This document shows positions 35,841 to 47,518 of a stretch of DNA of 64,000 bases, one piece after another. The position numbers and the translations under genes were made by a program. A model generated the notes under the pieces. It worked only from the letters and a program-made list of their open reading frames with translations, did no database searches and was not told where the DNA came from. Origin of the DNA: Rhynchopus sp. YZ270_cl-10 (lineage: Eukaryota); contig OZ037839.1 of NCBI GenBank assembly GCA_964035575.1, positions 558,001-622,000 of the forward strand, read 5' to 3'. The stretch's first letter is position 1; each line of letters opens with the position of its first letter.

Positions 35841-38800
35841 CTAATAAACATCGGCATCAACAGATTGTAGTTCTGCTCCTGCATGCTGACGTGACTCTGC
35901 CATGTGTTCCCATGTCGCACGCATTGTGAGAAGTTTGTTGCGCAAGAGTTCCTTCTCTGCTGAATCTGTGCAATCAGTGAATCGCTGAATCAGTTCTTTC
36001 TGCACTTCCTGCTGCATGCTGACAACTCCGCGCAGTGTGTTGGAGCCTGTTCTGTTTGTCACATCTGTTCTGGAAACATCGGTATCAACAGGTTGTTGTT
36101 CTGCTCCTGCATGCTGACGTGACTCTGCCATGTGTTCCCATGTCGCACGCATTGTGAGAAGTTTGTTGCGCAAGAGTTCCTTCTCTGCTGAATCTGTGCA
36201 ATCAGTGAATCGCTGAATCAGTTCTTTCTGCACTTCCTGCTGCATGCTGACAACTCCGCGCAGTGTGTTGGAGCCTGTTCTGTTTGTCACATCTGTTCTG
36301 GAAACATCGGTATCAACAGGTTGTTGTTCTGCTCCTGCATGCTGACGTGACTCTGCCATGTGTTCCCATGTCGCACGCATTGTGAGAAGTTTGTTGCGCA
36401 AGAGTTCCTTCTCTGCTGAATCTGTGCAATCAGTGAATCGCTGAATCAGTTCTTTCTGCACTTCCTCCTGCATGCTGACAACTTGACGAAGTGTGTTGGA
36501 GCCTGTTCTGTTTGTCACATCTGTTCTGGAAACATCGGCATCAACAGGTTGCTGCTCTGCTCCTGCATGCTGACGTGACTCTGCCATGTGTTCCCATGTC
36601 GCACGCATTGTGAGAAGTTTGTTGCGCAAGAGTTCCTTCTCTGCTGAATCTGTGCAATCAGTGAATCGCTGAATAAGTTCTTTCTGCACTTCCTCCTGCA
36701 TGCTGACAACTTGACGAAGTGTGTTGGAGCCTGTTCTGTTTGTCACAGCTGTTCTGGAAACATCAACAGGTTGTTGATCTGCTCCTGCATGCTGACGTGA
36801 CTCTGCCATGTGTTCCCATGTCGCACGCATTGAGAGAAGTGTGTTGCGCAAGAGTTCCTTCTCTGCTGAATCTGTGCAATCAGTGAATCGCTGAATCAGT
36901 TCTTTCTGCACTTCCTCCTGCATGCTGACAACCCCACGCAGTGTGTTGGAGCCTGTTCTGTTTGTCACATCTGAGCTACAAACATCAACATCAACAGGTT
37001 GTTGCTCTGCTCCTGCATGTTGACGTGAATCTGCCATGTGTTCCCATGTCGCACGCATTGAGAGAAGTTTGCTGCGCAAGAGTTCCTTTTCTGCTGAATC
37101 TGTGCAATCAGTGAATCGCTGAATCAGTTCTTTCTGCACTTCCTCCTGCATGCTGACAACTCCACGCAGTGTGTTGGAGCCTCTTCTGTTTGTCACATCT
37201 GTTCTGGAAACATCGTCATCGTCAACAGGTTGCTGCTCTGCTCCTGCATGTTGACTTGACTCTGCCAATCTCCAGCTTTCGGATATCTCCTCGATGGTAA
37301 GAACTTGACGAAGTGTGACAACTTCAGCAGCAACAAGTGGAAGCTCCGGTGCGGAAAGGGACGTCGCCATGTGTTCCCAAGCAGCACGAATTGGTTCAAG
37401 TTTCTCCCGCAAGCGCTTCTTTGCTGCTGAATCCATTTGACGCAGTTCGCTGAGTGCTGCTGTGTTTGTCACATCTGCCTGGATGTCGGCAACGTCGGCA
37501 TCAACGACGCCACCTGCCTGATCCACTTCCTGCCCCACGCCTACCATAAGATAACGCACAGTCTCCGTGCCTCCCTCTTCCGCAGCAGTAATCAGACATG
37601 TCACCTTCTGTATTTTATGTTCTTTTCTGTCCCCTGCAGCAGCTTCAAAGTGCTGTGAGAGCTCCTCGATATGTTCTGTGACACGCAGTTCCGCACCAGC
37701 TTCCACCAACAGATTCACAATGTCGCGGTTCTCTCCCATGCACGCACAGACAAGAGGCGAAGGTCCTCTGTCGTCCCATTTCTCGATGCGTGCACCTGAA
37801 TCAATAAGCTCCTGCACCTCAGCTGCATATGATTTGGGGTAACGCGCTGCTGCATCGAAACGGATATTGCCATTGCCCTGTATATGCAGCCGTGCACCCG
37901 CTTCAAGCAACATCCTCACGATATGGACCTCACCCGCCCGACAAGCCATCATCAGAGGCGAACAGACCAACTCGCTCTTTGCTTCCACGTCTGCACCTGC
38001 ATCAATAAGCACCTGCAGCACAGCTGCATGGTTGCTGGCCACTGCGTAGTGCAACGCAGTCCAGTGCTGAGCATCAACGAGGTCCACATCCACCTCTGGC
38101 GTGCACAGAAGGCTTTTCACAGTCGCCGTGAATCCACCAGCAGACGCAATCATGAGACATGTCTTGCCATCTCGGTCTCTTGCACCCACATCCGCACCTG
38201 CTCGAACCAATACCTTCACAGCATCATTCACGTCTGCCTTGCAACCCAACAGCAGAGGCGTGCATTGCCTCGCATCCTTTTTCTCGATGTCTGCACCTGC
38301 ATCAATGAGCACCTGTACCACATCTGCATGGTTTAGCTTGACTGCCTCGTTCAATACAGTAGTTGCATACAGCCCACCTACCTGATCCACATCCACCTGA
38401 CCCAATCCCACAAGATAGCGGACAGTCTCCGTGAATCCCCCACGTGACGCAACGATAAGACATGTGTCGCCGTGGCAGTCTGTGAGACGCAGTTCCGCGC
38501 CAGCTTGCACCAACATCTTAACAATGTCGAGGTACCCGCTCATGCACGCAAGGAGAAGAGGCGTACGTCCTTCAGAGTCCTTTCTCTCGATGTCTGCCCC
38601 TGCATCAATGAGCACCTGCACTACATCAATATGGTTGTAACGTGCTGCCTTGTGCAACGCTGTGCTGCCGCTCAAACCTACCTGATCCACATCCACCTGC
38701 CCCACGTCCACAAGATAGCGCACAGTCTCCGTGTGTCCCCAACGCGTAGCAAGGATAAGACATGTGTCGCCGTCAGTGTCTGCAACACTCAGTTCCGCAC

Positions 38801-39311
38801 CAGCTTGCACCAACATCATCACAGTGTCGTGGAAGCCTCTCATGCATGCAAGGAGAAGAGGCGTATATCCAAAAGAGTCCTTGTTGTCGATGTTTGCCCC
38901 TGCATCAATGAGCACCTGCACCACATCTGCATGGTTTAGCGTGACTGCCTCGTGCAACGCGGTGACGTTGTACTCGGTCCCACCTACCTGATTCACATCC
39001 ACCTGCCCCAATCCCACAAGATAGCGCACAGTCTCCGTGTATCCCGCACGTGAAGCAACGATAAGACATGTGTCGCCGTCGGCGTCAGCAACACTCAGTT
39101 CCGCACCAGCTTGCACCAACACCTTCACAGTGTCGAGCCAACCCACCAAACACGCAAGGAGAAGAGGCGTACGTCCATTATAGTCCTTTTCCTCGATGTC
39201 TGCCCCTGCATCAATGAGCACCTGCACCACATCTGCACGTGCTTCTTCCACTGCCTCGTGCAACGTAGTGTTGCTGTGGTTGTCTGCGTCTTGCCCATGT
39301 GTGTTGCCCAT
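35841..39311 (-). CDS. Ankyrin-repeat protein (~17 ANK) with C-terminal 76-aa tandem repeats, 1156 aa
   Basis: TALHxA / TPLLLAC / DTCLIxA ankyrin triplets, then about six 228-nt units. Confidence 0.88.
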   Translation of the reverse strand: MGNTHGQDADNHSNTTLHEAVEEARADVVQVLIDAGADIEEKDYNGRTPLLLACLVGWLDTVKVLVQAGAELSVADADGDTCLIVASRAGYTETVRYLVGLGQVDVNQVGGTEYNVTALHEAVTLNHADVVQVLIDAGANIDNKDSFGYTPLLLACMRGFHDTVMMLVQAGAELSVADTDGDTCLILATRWGHTETVRYLVDVGQVDVDQVGLSGSTALHKAARYNHIDVVQVLIDAGADIERKDSEGRTPLLLACMSGYLDIVKMLVQAGAELRLTDCHGDTCLIVASRGGFTETVRYLVGLGQVDVDQVGGLYATTVLNEAVKLNHADVVQVLIDAGADIEKKDARQCTPLLLGCKADVNDAVKVLVRAGADVGARDRDGKTCLMIASAGGFTATVKSLLCTPEVDVDLVDAQHWTALHYAVASNHAAVLQVLIDAGADVEAKSELVCSPLMMACRAGEVHIVRMLLEAGARLHIQGNGNIRFDAAARYPKSYAAEVQELIDSGARIEKWDDRGPSPLVCACMGENRDIVNLLVEAGAELRVTEHIEELSQHFEAAAGDRKEHKIQKVTCLITAAEEGGTETVRYLMVGVGQEVDQAGGVVDADVADIQADVTNTAALSELRQMDSAAKKRLREKLEPIRAAWEHMATSLSAPELPLVAAEVVTLRQVLTIEEISESWRLAESSQHAGAEQQPVDDDDVSRTDVTNRRGSNTLRGVVSMQEEVQKELIQRFTDCTDSAEKELLRSKLLSMRATWEHMADSRQHAGAEQQPVDVDVCSSDVTNRTGSNTLRGVVSMQEEVQKELIQRFTDCTDSAEKELLRNTLLSMRATWEHMAESRQHAGADQQPVDVSRTAVTNRTGSNTLRQVVSMQEEVQKELIQRFTDCTDSAEKELLRNKLLTMRATWEHMAESRQHAGAEQQPVDADVSRTDVTNRTGSNTLRQVVSMQEEVQKELIQRFTDCTDSAEKELLRNKLLTMRATWEHMAESRQHAGAEQQPVDTDVSRTDVTNRTGSNTLRGVVSMQQEVQKELIQRFTDCTDSAEKELLRNKLLTMRATWEHMAESRQHAGAEQQPVDTDVSRTDVTNRTGSNTLRGVVSMQQEVQKELIQRFTDCTDSAEKELLRNKLLTMRATWEHMAESRQHAGAELQSVDADVY
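35844..37170 (-). repeat. Coding minisatellite, 228 nt x ~6
   Basis: gcatgctgacgtgactc recurs at 35881, 36109, 36337 and onward. The unit encodes TLRxVVSMQEEVQKELIQRF...NRTGSN. Confidence 0.95.
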
Positions 39312-40144
39312 GTGTGTCTCGTTGCTGTGTCTTATGTTGTGTGTCTGTCAGTGGTGGAGTGACGTTACTCTTTGTGAAGAGGTGTGTGGACAGAGGAGAG
39401 GATAAGCACCCGGCATCACGCAGTATGGCTTCACTGTGCAACTGCAGTGAAGGACGCCTCCAAATGAGATGTGCGTTCTTCGGGATATTTCATGAGTCTT
39501 TACCCAGGATGGGTGCCATCAGTAAACAGTGAACAGTAAGCGAATAAATAGAGAAAGGGTGGGGGTATTTCACTTTGTTTAAGAGTTGACTCTAGATATG
39601 AACGGGGTGGGGTGTGCATGGGTAGGGAGGTTGAGGGAAATGAAAAGAAATGTGACTTGAAATACAATTCCCTCTCGTGAACAGTGTACCTTGGTACAAA
39701 TGACCTGTGCACCGTGGGGTGGACCCCAACAAGCAGTCCTACATCCATTTCGTGGTTTACCTCTGACATCTGATATGCTCTACCCCCGCTTCCTCTCATC
39801 AGTCAGATGAAAGCATGCATCGTTCGAGACGTATGGTTGATTAAGTCTGCGTGATGCAGGGTCTGGGAAGAAAATACTATAAAGATGACCCCAAGCCTCT
39901 CATGCTTGGTCACCTTGAACAAAAGGAGGTGCTACGTGGCATGCAAACAGTTTACCCTGTGAGAACGCTCAACCCTGACCCCTAAAAAAAAACAAATAAA
40001 TGCTATCCGGAAAACAACAACGGGGTGTGCTGTGGATATGGGGAGGCTCGATAGCCACTCATGTGCAGAAGCAGACTCAGCGTGTTCCAGCACGTAGTCG
40101 TCATCCGCAGACGCCATGCGCACCCTTCAAACTAGGTTTTGTGA

Positions 40145-43100
40145 TTACGGAAACGGCACACTGACCTTGCCGTTGGTGGACATCTCCACGAGGGAGCCAT
40201 CGTCATCAAGCAGGCATCTTCCTGTCAGCTTCGCATCGCTGCGTGCGTACATGATGGGTGCAGGGAGGGCCACCGGACCGGTCCAGTTGTAGTACAGGGA
40301 CGCCAGGTCGTTCGCCATCTTCTGGTATTTGTCGGCCTCGAGCTTCTTGCCTTCGTAAACGAGGCATTTGTACTTAATGGACTGTGGGGACCCAAGGCTC
40401 GCTTCCTGCGACAGAAGGTAGAACTCCATACCACGTGGGTTCACCACACCGGTGTCCATCACTGTGCCCACCGGTGGTGCCTTGCTCACGGTTGCCTTCC
40501 TGACGCTGCCCTCAATGAAGGTGTCGACACTAGCCACACGCATGTGAGAGTTTCTCATGACAAGGAAGAACACGATGTCGACCTTCTTGCCAGGAAGGGT
40601 CTCCAGCACCTTGCGCAGGGCCGCAACCTCGAGCTCCAGGATCAGAGGGATCTCACCCTCAGACCCTCCTTCGCGGAAGAAGACAATCTCCAAGGGTGCC
40701 TTGCCACCGTTCTTTGTCTTGAAGATGTCCACAAGCTCCTGGAAGGGTGCCGCAAGGTTGTTCGCAATGGTTTTGCCAGCGTCCAGCACAACACGCTTCG
40801 TGTTGTACGCCTTCAGCTCTGTGTCCCACGAGGCCGCAATCGACATGACACTCTTACGCTCACCACGTCCAGCACCATCGCCTGCATGCGACATCGCAAT
40901 GCCCACAGCCATCGTGCCTTCGAACCTGCATCCCTGCTTCCTCCACAGCTGGTTCCCTGCCTTGGTGTGGATCTGCGCCGCCACGTTGTTGCAAACACTC
41001 CACCCCTTCTTACCCTCAAGCGAAGACGGGCGGACCACCTGGCAAACAACGCCGTGCTTACTACTACACACCTTGGCAGCTTTGTATGCATCTGCGTTCT
41101 TCGGCGAGTCACCCGCGTCCGTCACAAACAGGTAGGCGTCGGGCTTGTTTTTGTACTCTGCGAACACACGCGTCACCTCGTCTGCAGAGAAATCCGCCAT
41201 GTCAATGAGGCGCACAGCAGGGTTCTTTCCGTTCGAGAAGTGCTTCACTGAGTCACTCAGGAACGCCGAGTTCTCCTGCCAGCACGTCTTCGCCCCCCTC
41301 GGACATGCCACAAGCAGCTGCTTGATGTCCCTCACGTTCTGAATGGGCTTGGCCGTCGTGTTCACGCGTCTGTTGATCTTGTACCTCCAGCTGGTGCCCT
41401 CTTCCACAAGACCGTTCGACTGCTCAATCACTGGCCCCTTGAGCTGACGGGCCTGCTCCATAACAAACCCTGCGGCAGGTGCACAGCCCCACTTTCCGCC
41501 CAGTTCCTTGAACGGTCGAAGCACAGCACCCGCTATGTCCTTGATTTTCTGGAAGCGAACGCCTGGTTTCACGACACAGCGGTCTGTCATGAGCTGGCGC
41601 ACGTCTGACCCGTACACCTCAGGCACAATGCCTGTGAGGCGCAGCACAGACGGAAGGTAGTACTCCACCTCGGCAACTTCCTGGCCCTGTGTGTTGTGGT
41701 TGTGGTTGTGAGTGTCTGGTGTTGCACATACCTGTCTCATGGGCTTCTTGTGCACAAGAAGCGGCTGTCCCTTCGGCACCTTCAGGCCGTACTGCGTCTC
41801 GAAGTACTGCTTCACGCTCTTCCCGTCAAGCTGCAGCAATTGTGTCGTGGTGAAGGTGTGGTGCTGCACAGGTACATACCTCCTTCAGCGGGGTCGACTC
41901 ATCCTTCGTGGGGTCGACATCGTCGATGCGCACAGTGCGCTTCTTCTTGTCCTTCCCGTCGTACGTCGTCAGGCAGATGGTGCCCCGCACCTTGAAACGC
42001 AGGGTCTCCCTCGCCTTCTTGTCGGACGCGGCACTCAGGTTCAGCTCCTCGAAAATTGTCTGCTTGCTCACAATCTTGTGCTGCACGTCGATCTGCAGGG
42101 CAAGTCCAGACCCGAAGTTCGTGGGGCGCAGTGTCAGGTGCACACCAGGCACAACGTCCAGCTTCTTCCCAGGGAGCTGCTGTGCCTTCGTGAGGTCGAA
42201 GTAGCTGCGGTTGATCTTCTGCATGCACCCCTCGTCAAGCACACTGCGGAACAGCTTCGAGAACACTGTGATCAGGTCCTGCGTGATCTTCGTTGTGGTC
42301 ACTTCGCGCACAGACTTCACAGTGACCTTGAACCTGTCACTAATCTTCTTCTGCCTCTCCTCCGTTGGGGAGAAGTCCACCTCCGTTGCTTTGATGTTCT
42401 GGTTTGCAAAGACGATGTCTCCTGCGACGATGCACGAGAAGTTCGGTCCCATCTCTGCCGAGAGGGCCTCCTGCACGAGACATCTGTGTGTCTTCCTGCT
42501 CTTCACCTCGGGCGACACCTTCACGTCGTACTGGCCGATCACAGTGTTCTCTGCGAAGGTGAGCTCAACTGTGTTGGTGACGACATCCACGGGTGTGCCG
42601 TTGATGCCGCTTGCAGGGTGCGTCACAGCATCCAGGGCGGACACAACTCTGTTGCGCGCCTCGTCCACATCCTTCGCCTCACGGCCCTCCGTGTAGCGCG
42701 GTGCCTTCTCCCCAAACTCGTACACAGGCACGTAGCGATCGGCCGGGTGCTGCAGCTTCAGCTGCGAGCGAACAGGCACATCAGCACTGGCACCGCCACC
42801 ACCACCCTTGCCCTTCCCGGAATCTCCCTTACCTCCCTTACCCTTCTTACCCTTGCCGCCCTCCTCGCCCTTGAAGCCCTTGACTCCTTTCCCCCTATCC
42901 GTTCCCTTTCCTCCATGCAGTGTGTTGGAGCCTGTTCTGTTTGTCACATCTGTTCTGGGAACATCGGCATCAACAGGTTGCTGCTCTGCTCCTGCATGCT
43001 GACGTGACTCTGCCATGTGTTCCCATGTCGCACGCATTGAGAGAAGTTTGTTGCGCAAGAGTTCCTTCTCTGCTGAATCTGTGCAATCAGTGAATCGCTG

Positions 43101-46100
43101 AATCAGTTCTTTCTGCACTTCCTCCTGCATGCTGACGACTTGACGAAGTGTGTTGGAGCCTGTTCTGTTTCTCACATCTGTTCTGGTAGCATCGGCATCA
43201 ACAGGTTGCTGCTCTGCTCCTGCATGCTGACGTGACTCTGCCATGTGTTCCCATGTCGCACGCATTGAGAGAAGTGTGTTGCGCAAGAGTTCCTTCTCTG
43301 CTGAATCTGTGCAATCAGAGAATCGCTGAATCAGTTCTTTCTGCACTTCCTCCTGCATGCTGACGACTTGACGAAGTGTGTTGGAGCCTGTTCTGTTTGT
43401 CACATCTGTTCTGGTAGCATCGGCATCAACAGGTTGCTGCTCTGCTCCTGCATGCCGACGTGCCTCTGCCATGTGTTCCCATGTCGCACGCATTGAGAGA
43501 AGTTTGTTGCGCAAGAGTTCCTTCTCTGCTGAATCTGTGCAATCAGAGAATCGCTGAATCAGTTCTTTCTGCACTTCCTCCTGCATGCTGACGACGTGAC
43601 GAATTGTGTTGGAGCCTGTTCTGTTGGTAACATCTGTTCTGGAGGCATCGGCATCAACAGGTTGTGGTTCTGCTCCTGCATGCTGACGTGACTCTGCCAT
43701 GTGTTCCCATGTCGCACGCATTGAGCGAAGTGTGTTGCGCAAGAGTTCCTTCTCTGCTGAATCTGTGCAATCAGTGAATCGCTGAATCAGTTCTTTCTGC
43801 ACTTCCTCCTGCATGCTGACTACTTGACGAAGTGTGTTGGAGCCTGTTCTGTTTGTCACATCTGTTCTGGAAACATCGGCATCAACAGGTTGCTGCTCTG
43901 CTCCTGCATGCTGACGTGACTCTGCCATGTGTTCCCATGTCGCACGCATTGAGAGAAGTGTGTTGCGCAAGAGTTCCTTCTCTGCTGAATCTGTGCAATC
44001 AGTGAATCGCTGAATCAGTTCTTTCTGCACTTCCTCCTGCATGCTGACGACGTGACGAATTGTGTTGGAGACTGTTCTGTTGGTAACATCTGTTCTGGAG
44101 GCATCGGCATCAACAGGTTGTGGTTCTGCTCCTGCATGCTGACGTGACTCTGCCATGTGTTCCCATGTCGCACGCATTGAGAGAAGTTTGTTGCGCAAGA
44201 GTTCCTTCTCTGCTGAATCTGTGCAATCAGTGAATCGCTGAATCAGTTCTTTCTGCACTTCCTCCTGCATGCTGACGACTTGACGAAGTGTGTTGGAGCC
44301 TGTTCTGTTTGTCACATCTGTTCTGGAAGCATCGGCATCAACAGGTTGCTGCTCTGCTCCTGCATGCTGACGTGCCTCTGCCATGTGTTCCCATGTCGCA
44401 CACATTGAGAGAAGTTTGTTGCGCAAGAGTTCCTTCTCTGTTGAATCTGTGCAATCAGTGAATCGCTGCATCAGCTCTTTCTGCACTTCCTCCTGCATGC
44501 TGACAACTTGACGAAGTGTGACAACTTCAGCAGCAACAAGTGGAAGCTCCGGTGCGGAAAGGGACGTCGCCATGTGTTCCCAAGCAACACGAATTGGTTC
44601 AAGTTTCTTGCGCAAGCGCTTCTTTGCTGCTGAATCCATTTGACGCAGTTCGCTGAGTGCTGCTGTGTTTGTCACATCTGCCTGGATGTCGGCAACGTCG
44701 GCATCAACGACGCCACCTGCCTGATCCACTTCCTGCTCCACGCCTACCATAAGATAACGCACAGTCTCCGTGCCTCCCTCTTCCGCAGCAGTAATCAGAC
44801 ATGTCACCTTCTGTATTTTATGTTCTTTTCTGTCCCCTGCAGCAGCTTCAAAGTGCTGTGAGAGCTCCTCGATATGTTCTGTGACACGCAGTTCCGCACC
44901 AGCTTCCACCAACAGATTCACAATGTCGCGGTTCTCTCCCATGCACGCACAGACAAGAGGCGAAGGTCCTCTGTCGTCCCATTTCTCGATGCGTGCACCT
45001 GAATCAATAAGCTCCTGCACCTCAGCTGCATATGATTTGGGGTCACGCGCTGCTGCATCGAAACGGATATTGCCCTTGCCCTGTATATGCAGCCGTGCAC
45101 CCGCTTCAAGCAACATCCTCACGATATGGACCTCACCCGCCCGACAAGCCATCATCAGAGGCGAACAGACCAACTCGCTCTTTGCTTCCACGTCTGCACC
45201 TGCATCAATGAGCATCTGTATCACGGTCTCATGTTCCATGAACACATCATGTCTAGCCACTGCGTGGTGCAACGCAGTCCAGTGCTCAGCATCAACGAGG
45301 TCCAGACCCACCTCTCCCATGCACAGAAGGCTATTCACAATCGTCGTGAATCCACCAGCAGACGCAATCATGAGACATGTCTTGCCATCCCGGTCTCTTG
45401 CACCCACATCCGCACCTGCTCGAACCAGTACCTGCACAACATGATTCCCGTCTGAGCTGCAATCCAACAACAGAGGCGAATACCAGGAGGCATCCTTTTT
45501 CTCGATGTCTGCACCTGCATCAATGAGCACCTGCACCACATCTACATGGTCTCCACCAACTGCCTTGTGCAACGCAGTAGTTGAGTACTGCCCACCTACC
45601 TGATCCGCATCCACCTGCCCCAAGTCCACAAGATAGCGCACAGTCTCCGTGTGCCCCTCACTCGAAGCAGCGATAAGACATGTGTCGCCGTTGCTGTCTG
45701 TGACACGGAGGTCCGCACCAGCCCGTACCAAAACCTTCACAGTGTCGAGGTAACCTTCCTCGCACGCAAGGAGAAGAGGCGTACGTCCTTCAGAATCCTT
45801 TTTCTCGATGTCTGCACCTGCATCAATGAGCACCTGCACCACATCTGCATGGTTACCACCAACTGCCTCGTGCAACGCAGTGTCTGCGTCCGGCGCACCT
45901 ACCTGATCCGCATCAACCTGCCCCAAGCCCACAAGATAGCGCACAGTCTCCGTGTGTCCCTCACTCGAAGCAGCGATAAGACATGTGTCGCCGTTGGTGT
46001 CTGTGACACGCAGTTCCGCACCAGCTTGCACCAACACCTTCACAGTGTCGAGGCACCCTTCCAAACACGCAAGGAGAAGAGGCGTACGTCCTCGAGAGTC

Positions 46101-47120
46101 CTTTTTCTCGATGTCTGCACCTGCATCAATGAGCACCTGCACCACATCTGCATGCTTCACGGAAACTGCCTTGTGCAACGCTGTCATGCCGAACCTACCT
46201 ACCTGATCCACATCTACCTGCCCCAAGCCCACAAGATAGCGCACAGTCTCCGTGTGTCCCTCACTCGAAGCAGCGATAAGACATGTGTCGCCGTTGGTGT
46301 CTGTGACACGCAGTTCCGCACCAGCTTGCACCAACATCTTCACAGCGTACCCTTCCTCGCACGCAAGGAGAAGAGGCGTACGTCCTTGAGAGTCCTTTTT
46401 CTCGATGTCTGCCCCTGCATCAATGAGCACCTGCACCACGTTTGTATGGTATAGCTTAATGGCCTCATGCAACGCAGTGGTTGCGTCCTGCCCCCCTACC
46501 TGATCCACATCCACCTGCCCCAAGCCCACAAGATAGCGCACAGTCTCCCAGTGTCCCTCACTCGAAGCAGCGATAAGACATGTGTCGCCGTGGAAGTCTG
46601 TGACACCCAGATCCGCACCAGCTTGCACCAACATCTTCACAATGTCGAGGGACCCTACCAAGCACGCAAGGAGAAGAGGCGTACGTCCTTCAGAGTCCTT
46701 TTTCTCGATGTCTGCCCCTGCATCAATGAGCACCTGCACCACATCTGCTTTGTTGTGACGTACTGCCTTGTGCAACGCTGTGTTGACTCTCCAGTTCGTA
46801 CCTACCTGATCCACATCCACCAGCCCCAAGCCCACAAGATAGCGCACAGTCTCCGTGTGTCCCTCACTCGAAGCAACGATAAGACATGTGTCGCCGTTGC
46901 GGTCTGCAACACTCAGTTCCGCACCAGCTTGCACCAACACCTTCACAGTGTCGAGGTACCCTTCCATGCACGCAAGGAGAAGAGGCGTACGTACAAAAGA
47001 GTCCTTTTCTTCTATGTCTGCCCCTGCAGCAATGAGCACCTGCACCACATCTGCACGTGCTTCCTCCACTGCCTCGTGCAACGTAGTATTGCTGTTGCTA
47101 CCTGCGTGTTGCCCAGACAT
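40145..47120 (-). CDS. Ankyrin (~23) - 76-aa repeat (x7) - GK-rich linker - Piwi/Argonaute (N-PAZ-MID-PIWI) fusion, ~2293 aa, predicted slicer-inactive
   Basis: Exons 47120-41880, 41830-41732 and 41686-40145, with GT-AG introns of 49 and 45 nt, both phase 0. PAZ: SVKQYFETQYGL..QPLL. MID: YKAAK..VCQVV..QIHTKAG..LW. PIWI: PPVGTVMD, EFYLLSQ, LYYNWTGPVALPAPIMYA. Confidence 0.85.
42920..44520 (-). repeat. Coding minisatellite, 228 nt x 7
   Basis: Same unit as 35844-37170, seven copies directly upstream of the Piwi moiety. Confidence 0.95.
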
Positions 47121-47518
47121 TACTTGTGTCTCGTTGTTGTGTCTTGTGGTGTGTGTCTGTCAATGGTGGAGTGACGTTACTCTTTGTGAAGAGGTGTGTG
47201 GACAGAGGAGGGGATAAGCACCCGGCATCACGCAGTATGGCTTCACTGTGCAACTGCAGTGAAGGACGCCTCCAAATGAGATGTGCGTTCTTCGGGTTAT
47301 TTCATGAGTCGGGAGGTGCGTCGGAGGTGCAGGAAAAAAATGAGGGAGGGGGGCGTGGGGGTTTCTTCTTGCTTACAGTGCACGCTGCGAGACTAAAATT
47401 GAGGATGACACGCAGCAAATAGAATAAACACAATTTCAAACAAAAGAATGCACAACCGCCTCGCCGACAAAAGAATCATAGGAAAGATGACACTGTACAG
47501 GACACCTCCATCGTCTAC

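Noticed and set aside
40145..42910. Prokaryotic Argonaute defence operon
   Set aside because: Spliceosomal introns, Piwi-clade motifs and eukaryotic neighbours argue against it.
35844..44520. 228-nt repeats as a CRISPR-like array
   Set aside because: They are head-to-tail with no unique spacers, in frame within CDSs, and no cas genes are present.
3526..47217. Numerous plus-strand ORFs overlapping LRR, ANK, kinase and Piwi genes (e.g. 41712-43007, 45651-46454, 17145-17837)
   Set aside because: These are antisense shadows of GC-rich, repetitive coding sequence with no recognisable motifs.
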